Shown: positions 41,560 through 60,245 of the stretch, in pieces | Numbering within the stretch: the first letter of the stretch is position 1 | Layout: each line of letters starts with the position of its first letter | NCBI GenBank assembly: GCA_964016885.1 | Contig: OZ024749.1 | Coordinates: 18,538,001 to 18,602,000 of the forward strand | Origin: Eledone cirrhosa | Lineage: Eukaryota | DNA: 64,000 bases | Reading direction: 5' to 3' | The notes under the pieces: generated by a model | What the model was told of the DNA's origin: nothing | Database searches by the model: none | What the model saw: the letters and a program-made list of their open reading frames with translations, nothing else | Position numbers and translations under genes: made by a program

Positions 41560-44500
41560 TCATCATCATCATCATTTTACGTCCGCTTTTCCCTGCTTGC
41601 AAGGGTGGACGGGTCTTATTCAGCACAGCATCTCTCCACTCGTCACGGTCCCTCGTCATCTCCACCGTGAGCTTCAATGATCTGAGGTCTGTTCTCACCA
41701 CCTCCGCCCATGTTTTTCGTGGTCTACCTCTACCACGTCTTCCTTCAACTGGCATTTCCTGGCACTTCTTCACCCATCGGTCATGCTCCATGCGCATCAC
41801 ATGTCCATACCACCTCAGTCTCCTCTCCCGTACACTACATTCTATCCCTCTCAGACAGTTTTTCTCTCAACACATTCATGCTGGGTCGTTCACGCACATC
41901 CAACGGAGCATGCTTGCCTCATTTCTCTCCAGCCGTCGCATATCCTCTGCAGTTGCTACCCATGTCTCACTACCATGCAGCATCGCGCTCCTCACACAGG
42001 CATCATGCAATCGGTATTTCGTACGCAGGGAGAAACCCTTCTTCGTCAACAGAGGAAGCAGCTCCCTAAACTTCTTCCAACCCGTCCTTATTCTAGATAC
42101 TATGGCCTCGGAACACCCTCCTCCATGCTAATCTGATCTCCTAGGTACCGGAAGCTATCCACCACTTCTATAGCGCCCTCTTGCATTTGAAAAATGTGTC
42201 TATCAGTGCGACTTCTACTGTCTAATTTCCCTGTACATCTACTGCATACATATTTATCCCTACCTGTTAGTTTGCCTGCTATCCCGCTACATCTCTTGTG
42301 TACCCAGGATCTGCATTGTGTGCATTTTATAGAATTTATGCCAGTTCCTTTTCTGCATATCGAACATGGCCATTTCCCTGAAGGAATCAGGGTTTTGTCC
42401 TCTTTTCTACTCATCAACACTTTTGTTTTAGCTAGATTCACCCTCAGTCCTCTTGCTTCCAACTGTTTCCATAGCTAGAAATTATTTTCTAGCTCCTCTA
42501 CTGATTCTGCTATAATAACCAGATTGTCAGCATAGAGAAGTTCCCATGGACAGCCAGTCTTAAACTCCTCTGTTATGGCTTGGAGGACTAGATTCACCCT
42601 CAGTCCTCTTGAATCTGGCTGTTTCCATAGCCAGAATTTATTCTCTAGCTCCTCTACTGATTCTGCTATAATAACCAGATCGTCAGCATAGAGAAGTTCC
42701 CATGGACAGCCAGTCTTAAACTCCTCTGTTATGGCTTGGAGGACTATAATGAATAAGAGCGGGCTGAGGACCGAACCCTGATGTACTCCTACTTTTATCT
42801 GGAATTCCTCACTAAACTCCATTCCTTCCCTCACTTTACTGAGAGTACCTCTGTACAAAGTTTGCACTGTCCTCACAAGCCATTCCTCAACACCTAGCTT
42901 CCTTAGGGACCACCAGATGACAGATCGGGGTACCCTATCAAAGGCCTTCTCTAAGTCAACAAAGGCTAAGTATAGTGGCTTATTCTTCTCTAAGAACCTC
43001 TCTTGCATTTGTCTCACCAAGAAGAGGGCATCTGTAGTACTCTTCCCAGGCACAAACCAAACTGCATCTCATCTAGTTTGACCCTTTCTCTAATTAGTTG
43101 TGCTAAAATCCTTTCTGCCACTTTCATAAACTGATCTATCAGTTTTATACGCCTATAATTGCTCCTCTCCAAAGCATCCCCTTTACCTTTGTAGCAATTT
43201 ATGAGAATACTGCTGCACGTCTTTGGGTATGACACCACCATATATAGCCTGATTGATGATGCGTGCAACCAGTTTAGTGCCTACGTCCCCTGATGCCTTC
43301 AGCATCTCAGCAACTCAGCAACTATTCCCGATGGTCCGGCCGCCTTACCATTTTTCATTTCCCTAATCGCCTCTTGGACCCTATATTCGTCAATCTCAAT
43401 AGCTGGTCCCTCTGTCGGATCTACCAAGGGTAATTTCTCTCTCTCCCATTGTTCTCCACATTCATCATTCTCTGATAATGACATTTCCAGGCCTCCTTTT
43501 TCTTATCATTCGTGACACTAAGTACACCGGCATCATCCCGGACACATTTATCTCCAACAACATCCTGATTTGCATTGATACACTGCCTTGCAATGTGGAA
43601 CACCGCACGCCTCTGATCTTCCCGTCGCAGAACATTGGCAAACCTCCTACTCTCTGCCTCCCTGCGTGCTAAGTACACCTGACGTCTAGCTTCTCTCTTA
43701 GTGGCTGTATATTCTTCCCTACTCCCACCCTTTTTCCAAGCCTTCCATGCTAGTCTTTTGTCTCTAATAGCCTTATCTACTGTGCTGTTCCACCACCAGG
43801 TCACTCTCTGTCTGGTTGGAGCTTCGGCTCCAGCCACAGGTTTCATCAGTAGCCTGCAGCAAGTTGTCACGTAAGAACTTCCAGTTATTATCTATGTCAT
43901 ACGTCTCTAAATCGTCTTCTTTTTCGTCATATACATCTTGAAGGGCTTTCCTAAATTTGTATTTTAGTGAAAGGTCTTTTAGCTTCCAGACCTTTCTTCT
44001 CCATACCTTCCTATATGTCTCATTCCATCTCTTGCTTACTGAGATATCACTAACAACTAACCTATGCTGTGGGGTACATTCTTCCCCAGGGTATGCCTTG
44101 GTATTAGACACTATCTGCCTGTCCCGCTGCCTAACTAGCAGGAAGTCAATCTGGCTTATGTGCTCACCAGATTTGTAGGTTATTAGGTGATTGGCAGGTT
44201 TCTGGAAGTTTGTGTTGCAAATAGTCAATGTACTCGCATCACAAAATTCAAGAAGTCTCACTCCTTCTTCATTTCTTGAACCGTAACCGTGCCCACCATG
44301 TACCCCAGTGTAACCATCCTGGAGCTGTCCAACATGACCATTGAAGTCTCCTGCTAGCATAACGATGTCTCTGTCCTCTGTCATTGTGGTTGTTTGCAAA
44401 AGTTGCTCATAAAAGCAGTCTTTCTCATCTTTGCCTAGGCTTGCTTGGGGAGCATAGACCGAGATGATTGTCAGTAGTCTCCTACCTACAACTAATCTAA

Positions 44501-44980
44501 GCTTAATTATTCGATTACTAACTCGAACTACCTCTATTGTCTTATTGATCCATTTCTCAGCCAGGAAAATGCCTACTTCCCCTAACCCATCATCCTTACC
44601 TACCCAGAATAGCTTATAGCTAAGACGCTTGCCTACGACTAGTCTCGCAGAGGCACCTCTCCATCTCACCTCTTGCACGCAGCACACATCCACCTGCCTT
44701 CTCTCCAGCATCTCCGCTATTTCAGCAGATCTACCTCTGAGAGTGCCAACATTAAGTGTTGCAGCTCTGAGATGCGACGTCTTCATATTTTGTTGTTGTC
44801 CCTATTTGTTGCTGTGCTGATAAGCGTTTTGGCATTGATACACTGGTTGGATGCCCTTCCTAACACCAGCGCCACTTTACAGCATGGACTGGGTGCTTTT
44901 ATTTGTGCCACCAGCACTAGAGAGGATGTCTTACTAGACTCAAGGGCCCTCTCTACCCCTCCATTTTACAGCATGGTCAT
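41560..44980 (-). mobile_element. RTE-clade LINE, near full length, disrupted
   Basis: 43773-44786 APE (TLNVGTL, VQEVRW, YAPQ, GDFNGH, QIDF, QHRL); GKAAGPSGI; 42475-43053 RT (FVDLEKAFD, GVHQGSVLSP, YADD); 41522-41800 GRRGRGRPRKTW; (GAT)n tail at 41560-41575. Confidence 0.92.
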
Positions 44981-45214
44981 TAAAACAAAAAAAAAAAAAA
45001 CCTTATTGACACGACGCACACACAAACACTCACACACCAATACTCATGAATACAAACCACAACCACATACACGCCACTCACATACCAACACTCATTCATG
45101 CATACAATCACAAACACACATATATATATATACATATATTACCGACAGTACTGATACAAAATCACTATCATGTCAACTGTTGACCTTTCCCAGTCCAGTT
45201 CAGCTTGTATATAT

Positions 45215-45505
45215 ATAATAATAATAATAATAATTGTTTGCTTTACGCTGGTAATGGCGGTGGTGGTGGATGGTATCAGCGTGGTGGTGGTGGATGGTCA
45301 GTGATGGTGGTGGCAGTTGTTGGTGCTGTAGTTGTTATTGTAGTTGTTGTTGTCCTTCATTTCACTGCTGCTGTTGCTGCAGACAATGGTGTTGATGCTG
45401 TTATTGCTGTCACATATATACAAACACACACATTCAACACAGACGATGGTGTTGTTGCTGTTGTTGGTGTTGCTGCTGTTGTTGTTGTAGTTGTTGCTGT
45501 GTTGA
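45215..45505. repeat. Mixed trinucleotide microsatellites (AAT, GGT, GTT, GCT)
   Basis: Directly visible. Confidence 0.85.
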
Positions 45506-46167
45506 AATCTGGTCGCATCCACTGAGATATACCTATACACACACATACACATACATACATCAAGAGAGAGTCAGCAGTATGTCAACAGGGAACAGTGAAC
45601 AGGACAGCCAACTTAGATAGAGTAATGTAGGCGTTATTGTTATTGTGGTGGCGGGGGGTCAGTGAGATGTACAAGTTCATAGATCACTTCTCTCTTCAAA
45701 ATTTTTGAATTTATGGCCTTTTGCAATGGCGGACAAGTATATATAATATATATATATGAAGCAAAGAAAAGAAAATTTCACTGATACGAAAGATTTCCTG
45801 GTAGAAGTTCTGGTGTATTCAGTGATTGGTATCCAGTTTCGGGGTATCCAATTAGAAAATCCAACGAATTTTTGAGAGGGGTCCACGCAAGCATATATAT
45901 AGATATATATATGTATATATGTAAAATGTAAGCAGAAATAACAACACATATACTAATGAATGAACATACATTAAACACAGAGGGACTGTAAATGATAATA
46001 GCAATATTTAGATATAAATATATATATATATATATATATGTACATATCTCTATTGGTCTCATCATTTTTCTCTTTCCTCTTGTGTGTAGCAACACGTGGT
46101 TGTGTGTTGCTGCTGACTCTAGCAGAGCCCGAGAAAACACGTCTTGCCCTAACAGCCGCTGCTCCCT

Positions 46168-49620
<3,453 letters not shown>

Positions 49621-51316
49621 TAGTATTAGTTATACTATTTATGGTTATGTAAACACAAAACCTTAAGCAGTTGTAAGTATTTTACACACACCCTAAATAG
49701 TGGTAGGCAGTAATGTATTACTACCTTATTACCAGTAAGTTAAGTAGCTCAATGTAAAAACATCAGATGATTTACAGAGCAGTTATATGAAATATAAGAA
49801 TCAAAGAACTGTTCAAAACATTATTGTGCTTACAGCTGTTTCCTCCAAACCGAGGTTTGGATTCTTCGGAGCAATTTATTAATGCATGGACAGTTATATG
49901 ACCTCCTTTTCAGCCGAGAGACATACCAATACATATTCAAACATTGATACATATTCAAACATTGTGGGTCAACATTCATTACACAATTTAGAGTGGCAGT
50001 ACACACTTCGAGATTACATTTATATTAATAGGTACAATCAAAAATCAAAGATATAGGTTAAAGTACAACATGAAGATAAGTGGTTATATAGTGCAACTGT
50101 TATATGTGTGGCACGCATGTGCGTCTTGTTTATATAGTGTGGCAGAGAGATATGTGTGGTAGAGGCACTTAGGTAGGTAAATAAGAGTGTTAGGTTGGTA
50201 GATCTGGTGGCAAAGTCTTTATATGATTGATATAGTCTGTGTGTGGAGAAATATTATAAGCATTAAAGATAGTGCAAGCATTAAAAGTGTTATAAGTATT
50301 GGAGATGCACAGCGCAGGGATGTCAAGTAATTCATGTATTTCGGCATTTTCAAGGTCAAGGGAGTGTATATTTCGATTATATGCCTTTCACATAATCCAC
50401 GACAATCCAGTTAGAGATCGTAGTCTGGTGTTCTTTAGTTCGATACAGGAGGTTGTTACGTTTCGAGAAACGCCATTGAATACCGGAAGTGTGTGTGTGG
50501 CTAAGGGGAGTTAATGCATGCGGGGAGGTAACTCTGGGGTTTCTATATCTAGCCATTAAAATGTGTCCCAATATAGACCCTAAATTCTATGGTGAGGTGC
50601 ACCTTCCAAGAGAGACTTTTAAAGCATAAAGTGTACTAACTATAGAGTAGTTTAACTAAATTATGCTGAAGGTGATCATATTATTATTAAGGTGAATTAA
50701 CCCATCTTAAGGTGCTACAAATGGAAATTATAGATGATGAGCGAGGATTCTAAAATAATGATCTCTGTGGTTGTAGTCTGCTCATATGACCAGGCGCGGT
50801 GATTGCAGGATTGCTTCAGGACCCAATGATCTCTGGTAAGATCTGGGTCATCGCTTGCTACATTGGATGTCGAAAGATAATCGTCCCCAGGCAGGCCAAA
50901 GGTCAATCCGCAGTCCTCGCGACCCCTCTCTGACCGTCAGATCATCCATATACGTACAACCCGCACGGCAGTTGCATTGCATTCACTCACTGCGCTCAGC
51001 AGCCCGGTCCTACTGGTCAACAGCGCTACTCGATTAAATCATTTTACATCTGTCTAAGGAAGGTGTTTCCTCTGCCCAACACCATCCAACCGATCAATTC
51101 ATGCTCAAATTACCCTTAGAGCGGTGTAGTGCCGTCCAAGTGGGTGGATGTTGTCACTCCTGCCGTAGAGGTATAAATGGGTATTTTCCCTGCGAAGGGT
51201 TCCAGAGGGATGTCGTTATTTGTGTTATAATGGATCAGCTAGTGTTGGGTATGTAGTATAGGGTGTGTCTCTGGTGTTTGATGCTAGATGTGGTGTTAGG
51301 TTCCAGTCCGACATTG

Positions 51317-53758
51317 CTATATATAGGGCTTAAAGTTTTGGAAGGAATGTCTGAGGCGGTGCTGGCAAGTTGCAAACACCTCAGATTTTTTGTTAAGTAG
51401 GTTACGGTTGGAGAAGATAATATTGTGTGTCTCTAGTATACAGAGGTTACAGAATTTATTAGGTGGTTTGTACGAGGTCGCGCTGCCTATCACTTCCCAT
51501 TTGAGTGTGTATGGTTTATTTTTAGATTTTAGATAGTGTATGTAGCTAGAAAGTGAGGTGGAGTTGGCTAGGCTGTGCTTTTTGAACGAGTGGATGTGCG
51601 AGTTATATCTGATTTTGAAGCAGTTAGAAGTGGAGCCTACATAGGTTTCTGAAGAGTTATTAGTCGTGACTGTGCATGAGTATATGACATCCTTGGTTAG
51701 GCATTTTTTATCTAAAGGGCAGGTTCTATTAGCTCTACAGTTACAATTATTCTGTGCGTTAGTCCGCTGGTTATAATGCAATGCGGAAGTCTGTGTGGTG
51801 GATATAGGATTTTGGGTGTTCGGGTTGACAACCCTGGTGTTATTTCTATTGTTACTGCCGTTGCTATTGTTGCTTGCTACAGTGGTATTTAGAGGGTTTG
51901 CATCCCGTTGTGATTTTGTTTGTTGGAAGTAAGAACTAATTTTACTATTATTGCTGCTAGCTATGTGGTATGCTAAGTTAGGCGTCGTAGAGTATGAGAT
52001 TTTAATGGTGTTTTTGTTTAAGAGGTTGTGGTACTTGTGTCCTAGAGGGAAGTTTTTATCTAGTAGTGAGAAGAAAGCCCTAGGTATGTTGGTGGAGACA
52101 TTTAGGTTGAAAGGAGGGTTGAAAAATGTATTATTTCTTCTTCTATTTTTGCTTTTAGTGTTTGGTGTGTTGCTTCCTCCTAAGGCCTCACAGTAGTTTC
52201 CATGGTAATGGTTACTTCCGGTGGCACCCTCCGCTTTGGTGTACTTGTGGTTGCTATTCCTATTATTAGATTTCCTCATGGACATGTTGTGCGAGATGAT
52301 GTTGTAGCTATGTGTTTTCTTAGGTAGGAACTCAATTTCTATATTATGGCCGGAGCTAGCTAATGCTTGATTGTAATATTGTGAGTTTTTGCTAAATATG
52401 TTTGCGTCATAGGACAGACTAGAGATTCTATTGGACACCCCCTTAGAGATAGAGTTTAATATTGATCTAGGGTGATTAGACTTGGTATCTACGTAAATAA
52501 GTTTCTCATTAGGCTTATGGAAAGGTGTATATATTTTTGAGTCTAGGTATAGTGTGGCGTCTAGGAAGTTAACATTTTTAGTGTTTTTGTCCATGGTGAT
52601 ACTAAGGTTAAAGTTTTTGAATGTCTTATGCAGTTGTTTTCTAGTTCTTTCTATATTAAATTTTTTATATTCTATGAGTAGAAGTGCATCATCGCGGTAC
52701 AAACCACCGTTGAGGTAAGGGAGGTCCTTATGGATTTCATTGAGGAGGTATAGGCCGACCAAATCAGTGACCTGCGCCGAGTCACTAGATCCCATGGTTA
52801 TGTCGAAGTTGTTGTGCGTATCCTTGCGTGTCCATAGTTGGTCCTCGAAGGTGATTATGGTTTTACGGGCCGCAAGGATGACATCAACCTGGGCTCTAGT
52901 CAGGTCGCTATTGGTCATGGCCATGATAAGTGCCTTATTTAATAGGATAGGGGAAATAGAGGTGTAGTATGAATTGATATCAAATTGAATAAATTTTTTG
53001 TTCTTATTATTCTTGATATCCTTAAACCATTCAATTACTTCACCCGTATTTCCCCATTGTTTAAGGTGTATCTTGTGTTTAATTTGTGGGATGATTTTAT
53101 CCAAAATCTTCTTGCTGATAATACCAATGTCGGACTTGGAAGGGCAGATAAGTCTTATCGTGGGGTTGCTGATGAAGTTCTCCTTATGGTCCTTCAGAGA
53201 GAATCTAGGGGGGTTCGGAGTGAAAGGTTGTGTATGCCTCTGTAGTCCTAGTTTAGACACTATATTATAACCCTCTACATTAATATCTTCTAAGTTTTTC
53301 AAGGTGGTTTTTTTGTAGCTTTTATGTAGTTCATTATATATAAACTTTCTATAAGTAATATAATCTAGGCTGTATATGTTATTAGTTTTATCTGCGTGTA
53401 CAATAATTTTATTACTAGTTTTGAATCCACTAATAGAAGTGTTAAGTTTGTTTAAGAAGGTGTTGCTTCTAATATGGTGCTTATTGTATTTAATGTTCTT
53501 AACTAGTTTAACTAGGTCATTTTCAAAGGAGTTAAGTAGAGTGTTATGAGGGGGGCTTTTAAAGGTTTTAAAGCCGAAGGAGTCAAAATTGTTAGTATTA
53601 TTCAAGTTGTTAGATTTGTTTCTATCATAATGGAATGTCCTCCATCTCACTCTATTGATAAATGAATTTACACTGTTGATCAGCAATTTCTCATATGTAT
53701 TCCTGGATGGTATTGGTATGTTCTTGGTTGACATGGGGAGTTGGTCTTTGATTAGCAT
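51317..53758 (-). CDS. PLE reverse transcriptase-GIY-YIG endonuclease protein, 813 aa, uninterrupted
   Basis: ADKT, FIQFDI, MGSSDSAQVTDLVG, LYRDD, FLD, SNHP; linker CNCRANRTC (CxCx5C); VIY..YVG, R, KW, CNLC, LN, CQH. Confidence 0.93.
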   Translation of the reverse strand: MLIKDQLPMSTKNIPIPSRNTYEKLLINSVNSFINRVRWRTFHYDRNKSNNLNNTNNFDSFGFKTFKSPPHNTLLNSFENDLVKLVKNIKYNKHHIRSNTFLNKLNTSISGFKTSNKIIVHADKTNNIYSLDYITYRKFIYNELHKSYKKTTLKNLEDINVEGYNIVSKLGLQRHTQPFTPNPPRFSLKDHKENFISNPTIRLICPSKSDIGIISKKILDKIIPQIKHKIHLKQWGNTGEVIEWFKDIKNNKNKKFIQFDINSYYTSISPILLNKALIMAMTNSDLTRAQVDVILAARKTIITFEDQLWTRKDTHNNFDITMGSSDSAQVTDLVGLYLLNEIHKDLPYLNGGLYRDDALLLIEYKKFNIERTRKQLHKTFKNFNLSITMDKNTKNVNFLDATLYLDSKIYTPFHKPNEKLIYVDTKSNHPRSILNSISKGVSNRISSLSYDANIFSKNSQYYNQALASSGHNIEIEFLPKKTHSYNIISHNMSMRKSNNRNSNHKYTKAEGATGSNHYHGNYCEALGGSNTPNTKSKNRRRNNTFFNPPFNLNVSTNIPRAFFSLLDKNFPLGHKYHNLLNKNTIKISYSTTPNLAYHIASSNNSKISSYFQQTKSQRDANPLNTTVASNNSNGSNNRNNTRVVNPNTQNPISTTQTSALHYNQRTNAQNNCNCRANRTCPLDKKCLTKDVIYSCTVTTNNSSETYVGSTSNCFKIRYNSHIHSFKKHSLANSTSLSSYIHYLKSKNKPYTLKWEVIGSATSYKPPNKFCNLCILETHNIIFSNRNLLNKKSEVFATCQHRLRHSFQNFKPYI

Positions 53759-54744
53759 ATTGGCAATATTATATGTCAGCTCAACGATATGGAGCAGTTA
53801 ATAGTATTAGTTATACTATTTATGGTTATGTAAACACAAAACCTTAAGCAGTTGTAAGTATTTTACACACACCCTAAATAGTGGTAGGCAGTAATGTATT
53901 ACTACCTTATTACCAGTAAGTTAAGTAGCTCAATGTAAAAACATCAGATGATTTACAGAGCAGTTATATGAAATATAAGAATCAAAGAACTGTTCAAAAC
54001 ATTATTGTGCTTACAGCTGTTTCCTCCAAACCGAGGTTTGGATTCTTCGGAGCAATTTATTAATGCATGGACAGTTATATGACCTCCTTTTCAGCCGAGA
54101 GACATACCAATACATATTCAAACATTGATACATATTCAAACATTGTGGGTCAACATTCATTACACAATTTAGAGTGGCAGTACACACTTCGAGATTACAT
54201 TTATATTAATAGGTACAATCAAAAATCAAAGATATAGGTTAAAGTACAACATGAAGATAAGTGGTTATATAGTGCAACTGTTATATGTGTGGCACGCATG
54301 TGCGTCTTGTTTATATAGTGTGGCAGAGAGATATGTGTGGTAGAGGCACTTAGGTAGGTAAATAAGAGTGTTAGGTTGGTAGATCTGGTGGCAAAGTCTT
54401 TATATGATTGATATAGTCTGTGTGTGGAGAAATATTATAAGCATTAAAGATAGTGCAAGCATTAAAAGTGTTATAAGTATTGGAGATGCACAGCGCAGGG
54501 ATGTCAAGTAATTCATGTATTTCGCATTTTCAAGGTCAAGGGAGTGTATATTTCGATATATGCCTTTCACATAATCCACGACAATCCAGTTAGAGATCGT
54601 AGTCTGGTGTTCTTTAGTTCGATACAGGAGGTTGTTACGTTTCGAGAAACGCCACAATGTTTGAATATGTATCAATGTTTGAATATGTATTGGTATGTCT
54701 CTCGGCTGAAAAGGAGGTCATATAACTGTCCATGCATTAATAAA

Positions 54745-54795
54745 TTGCTCCGAAGAATCCAAACCTCGGTTTGGAGGAAACAGCTGTAAGCACAA
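54745..54795 (+). ncRNA. Variant hammerhead ribozyme (CCGAAGA core); also on - strand at 49825-49875 and 54005-54056
   Basis: TTGCT-CCGAAGA-aTCCAAACC tc GGTTTGGAg-GAAA-CAGCTG-TA-AGCA: palindromic stem III, GUA triplet. Confidence 0.72.
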
Positions 54796-54830
54796 TAATG
54801 TTTTGAACAGTTCTTTGATTCTTATATTTC

Positions 54831-57767
<2,937 letters not shown>

Positions 57768-58300
57768 TATACTTGGGGAGGGTCATATTTGCGTAATATT
57801 GCCAGAATTAATAACAGAACACACTCACTGTTTGGTTGGTTTTCGCTTCTCGCTGTCTTTTATATCTGCGATCTAACTTACTCGGTCCTCAATGTTGCCA
57901 TTGACTGACCGGCGGTCAAAAATAATACAGATACAATATAGACACAAACACATATATATAGTTTACATAATTTACATAAATCTTTCGTTGCACATCTGCA
58001 ACATCGTCAGTGGTGTTATATTCATTGTTCCTCCTGTTGTGTTGTATGTCTACGCCATTTTTTTTGTTCAGTCTGTCTATATATTTATTTATTTATTTGC
58101 TTGTTTGTTTATCTTATTTTATTTTGTCTTCTTTGCGCATGCGTTTGCGTGTGTGTATAGTGTTATGTGTGATGTGTGATGTGTGACTAGTGTGTATAGT
58201 GTTGTGTCTGCTGGGTGACTAGCGTGTGTTTATGTGCTTGTTGTTATTGTGCTTGTGTATGTATTTATTTATCTTATTTTATTTAATTTTATTTACTTAT

Positions 58301-58675
58301 TTATACTTCTCTTAGATCAGTGTTGTTTGTTTGGGTGTTGTTGTTGTTCCACTCATTCTTTCTGTTTAGCTTTGGTCTTCTAATTTCTATTTCACTGGCC
58401 TCTCTGATTTGCCTATCTGCTGGGTCATTCCTATGTTTAGATATTATTCTAATTTCTATGTTGTCTATGTTACCGTCATGTTGTTGTCTAGCATGTTCGT
58501 ATAGTACTGACCCGTTTTTTCGTCCTTTTAGTTCCCCCCAGTGTTGGTCTATCCTTTCACCTATGCTACGAGCTGTCTCACCTATGTATGTTGTTGTCAT
58601 GTTTCTGCAAGTACCCTCTGTACATCTTATGCTATAGACTACGTTTCTAGTTTTACAGTTTATCCGGGGGTTCAC
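58301..58675 (-). pseudogene. GIY-YIG endonuclease fragment (inverted copy)
   Basis: NVVYSIRC..C..YIGETARS..ER..H..H..H..RQIREA..PKLN. Confidence 0.82.
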
Positions 58676-58686
58676 CTTACATATAA

Positions 58687-59076
58687 TGTATCATATGTAA
58701 GGTGAACCCCCGGATAAACTGTAAAACTAGAAACGTAGTCTATAGCATAAGATGTACAGAGGGTACTTGCAGAAACATGACAACAACATACATAGGTGAG
58801 ACAGCTCGTAGCATAGGTGAAAGGATAGACCAACACTGGGGGGAACTAAAAGGACGAAAAAACGGGTCAGTACTATACGAACATGCTAGACAACAACATG
58901 ACGGTAACATAGACAACATAGAAATTAGAATAATATCTAAACATAGGAATGACCCAGCAGATAGGCAAATCAGAGAGGCCAGTGAAATAGAAATTAGAAG
59001 ACCAAAGCTAAACAGAAAGAATGAGTGGAACAACAACAACACCCAAACAAACAACACTGATCTAAGAGAAGTATAA
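58687..59076 (+). pseudogene. GIY-YIG endonuclease fragment, truncated at the linker CxxC
   Basis: Frame starts CIICKVNPRINCKTRNVVY, aligning with CITCKISPHINCKTRNVVY of 60491-60910; the ORF-track start is a GTG, not ATG. Confidence 0.82.
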
Positions 59077-59357
59077 ATAAGTAAATAAAATTAAATAAAA
59101 TAAGATAAATAAATACATACACAAGCACAATAACAACAAGCACATAAACACACGCTAGTCACCCAGCAGACACAACACTATACACACTAGTCACACATCA
59201 CACATCACACATAACACTATACACACACGCAAACGCATGCGCAAAGAAGACAAAATAAAATAAGATAAACAAACAAGCAAATAAATAAATAAATATATAG
59301 ACAGACTGAACAAAAAAAATGGCGTAGACATACAACACAACAGGAGGAACAATGAAT

Positions 59358-59410
59358 ATAACACCACTGACGATGTTGCAGATGTGCAACGAAAGATTTA
59401 TGTAAATTAT
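59358..59410 (+). ncRNA. Candidate hammerhead ribozyme with weak stem I (mirror copy 57967-58019, -)
   Basis: CA-CTGACGA-t-GTTGCA gatg TGCAAC-GAAA-GATT-TA-TG; same position as the HHR in the related 60-kb family. Confidence 0.55.
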
Positions 59411-59687
59411 GTAAACTATATATGTGTCTGTGTCTATATTGTATCTGTATTATTTTTGACCGCCGGTCAGTCAATGGCAGCATTGAGGACCGAGTAAGTT
59501 AGATCGCAGATATAAAAGACAGCGAGAAGCGAAAACCAACCAAACAGTGAGTGTTCTGTTATTAATTCTGGCAATATTACGCAACTATGACCCTCCCCAA
59601 GTATAACAATATCTGTTTCGACACACGATTTCATATAAAAAACCTCGCAAAACTAATATATAAATATATATATATATATATATAAAT

Positions 59688-59782
<95 letters not shown>

Positions 59783-59804
59783 AATATATAAATATATATA
59801 TATA

Positions 59805-59850
<46 letters not shown>

Positions 59851-59857
59851 TATATAA

Positions 59858-59943
59858 ACATGGCAGCGATAATGAGGGACAGAGACCGCTGGAGAGAACT
59901 CCTCCATGGATCTCGGGAATTTTACCCGCCTTAGAATAGAAAA

Positions 59944-59945
<2 letters not shown>
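59858..59945 (+). mobile_element. Possible extreme 3' fragment of an RTE-like LINE
   Basis: Encodes [15 protein letters not shown], similar to RTE C-termini such as MTRDRDEWR in the 41.5-kb element. Confidence 0.4.
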
Positions 59946-59976
<31 letters not shown>

Positions 59977-60245
59977 AATATATATATAAATATATATAAA
60001 TATATATAAATATATATATATATATAAATATATATAAATATATATAAATATATATATATATAAATATATTTATATATAGATATATATATATATAAATATA
60101 TATATATTGTTATACTTTGGGAGGGTCATGTTGCCAATAAGAAACACACGCACCAGTTGCTTTCACTTCAATTTATTATATATTTATAAATTTATAAATT
60201 TCTGGTTGGTTGGTTGGTTCCACAACCAGATAGTTGTTTATATAT

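Larger units (their letters stand above)
49621..54834 (-). mobile_element. Full-length Hydra-type PLE: 3' pLTR 49621-50475, 5' pLTR 53802-54654, inverted partial pLTR 54652-54834
   Basis: ~855-bp almost identical direct repeats around an intact ORF; inversion junction with CCA microhomology; (TA)n on both sides. Confidence 0.93.
57768..59657. mobile_element. Near-perfect ~1.85-kb palindrome of two 5'-truncated PLE 3' ends (GIY-YIG + pLTR), possibly Naiad-like
   Basis: Arms 57768-58684 and 58693-~59603, 8-nt spacer; identical 124-aa GIY-YIG frames at 58301-58675 (-) and 58702-59076 (+). Confidence 0.88.

Noticed and set aside
44790-44980. HDV-like ribozyme in the RTE 5' UTR
   Set aside because: Known for some RTEs, but I could not assemble the nested double pseudoknot by eye.
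45560-46167. Possible host exon or promoter in unique sequence
   Set aside because: No recognisable protein similarity or supportable splice structure.
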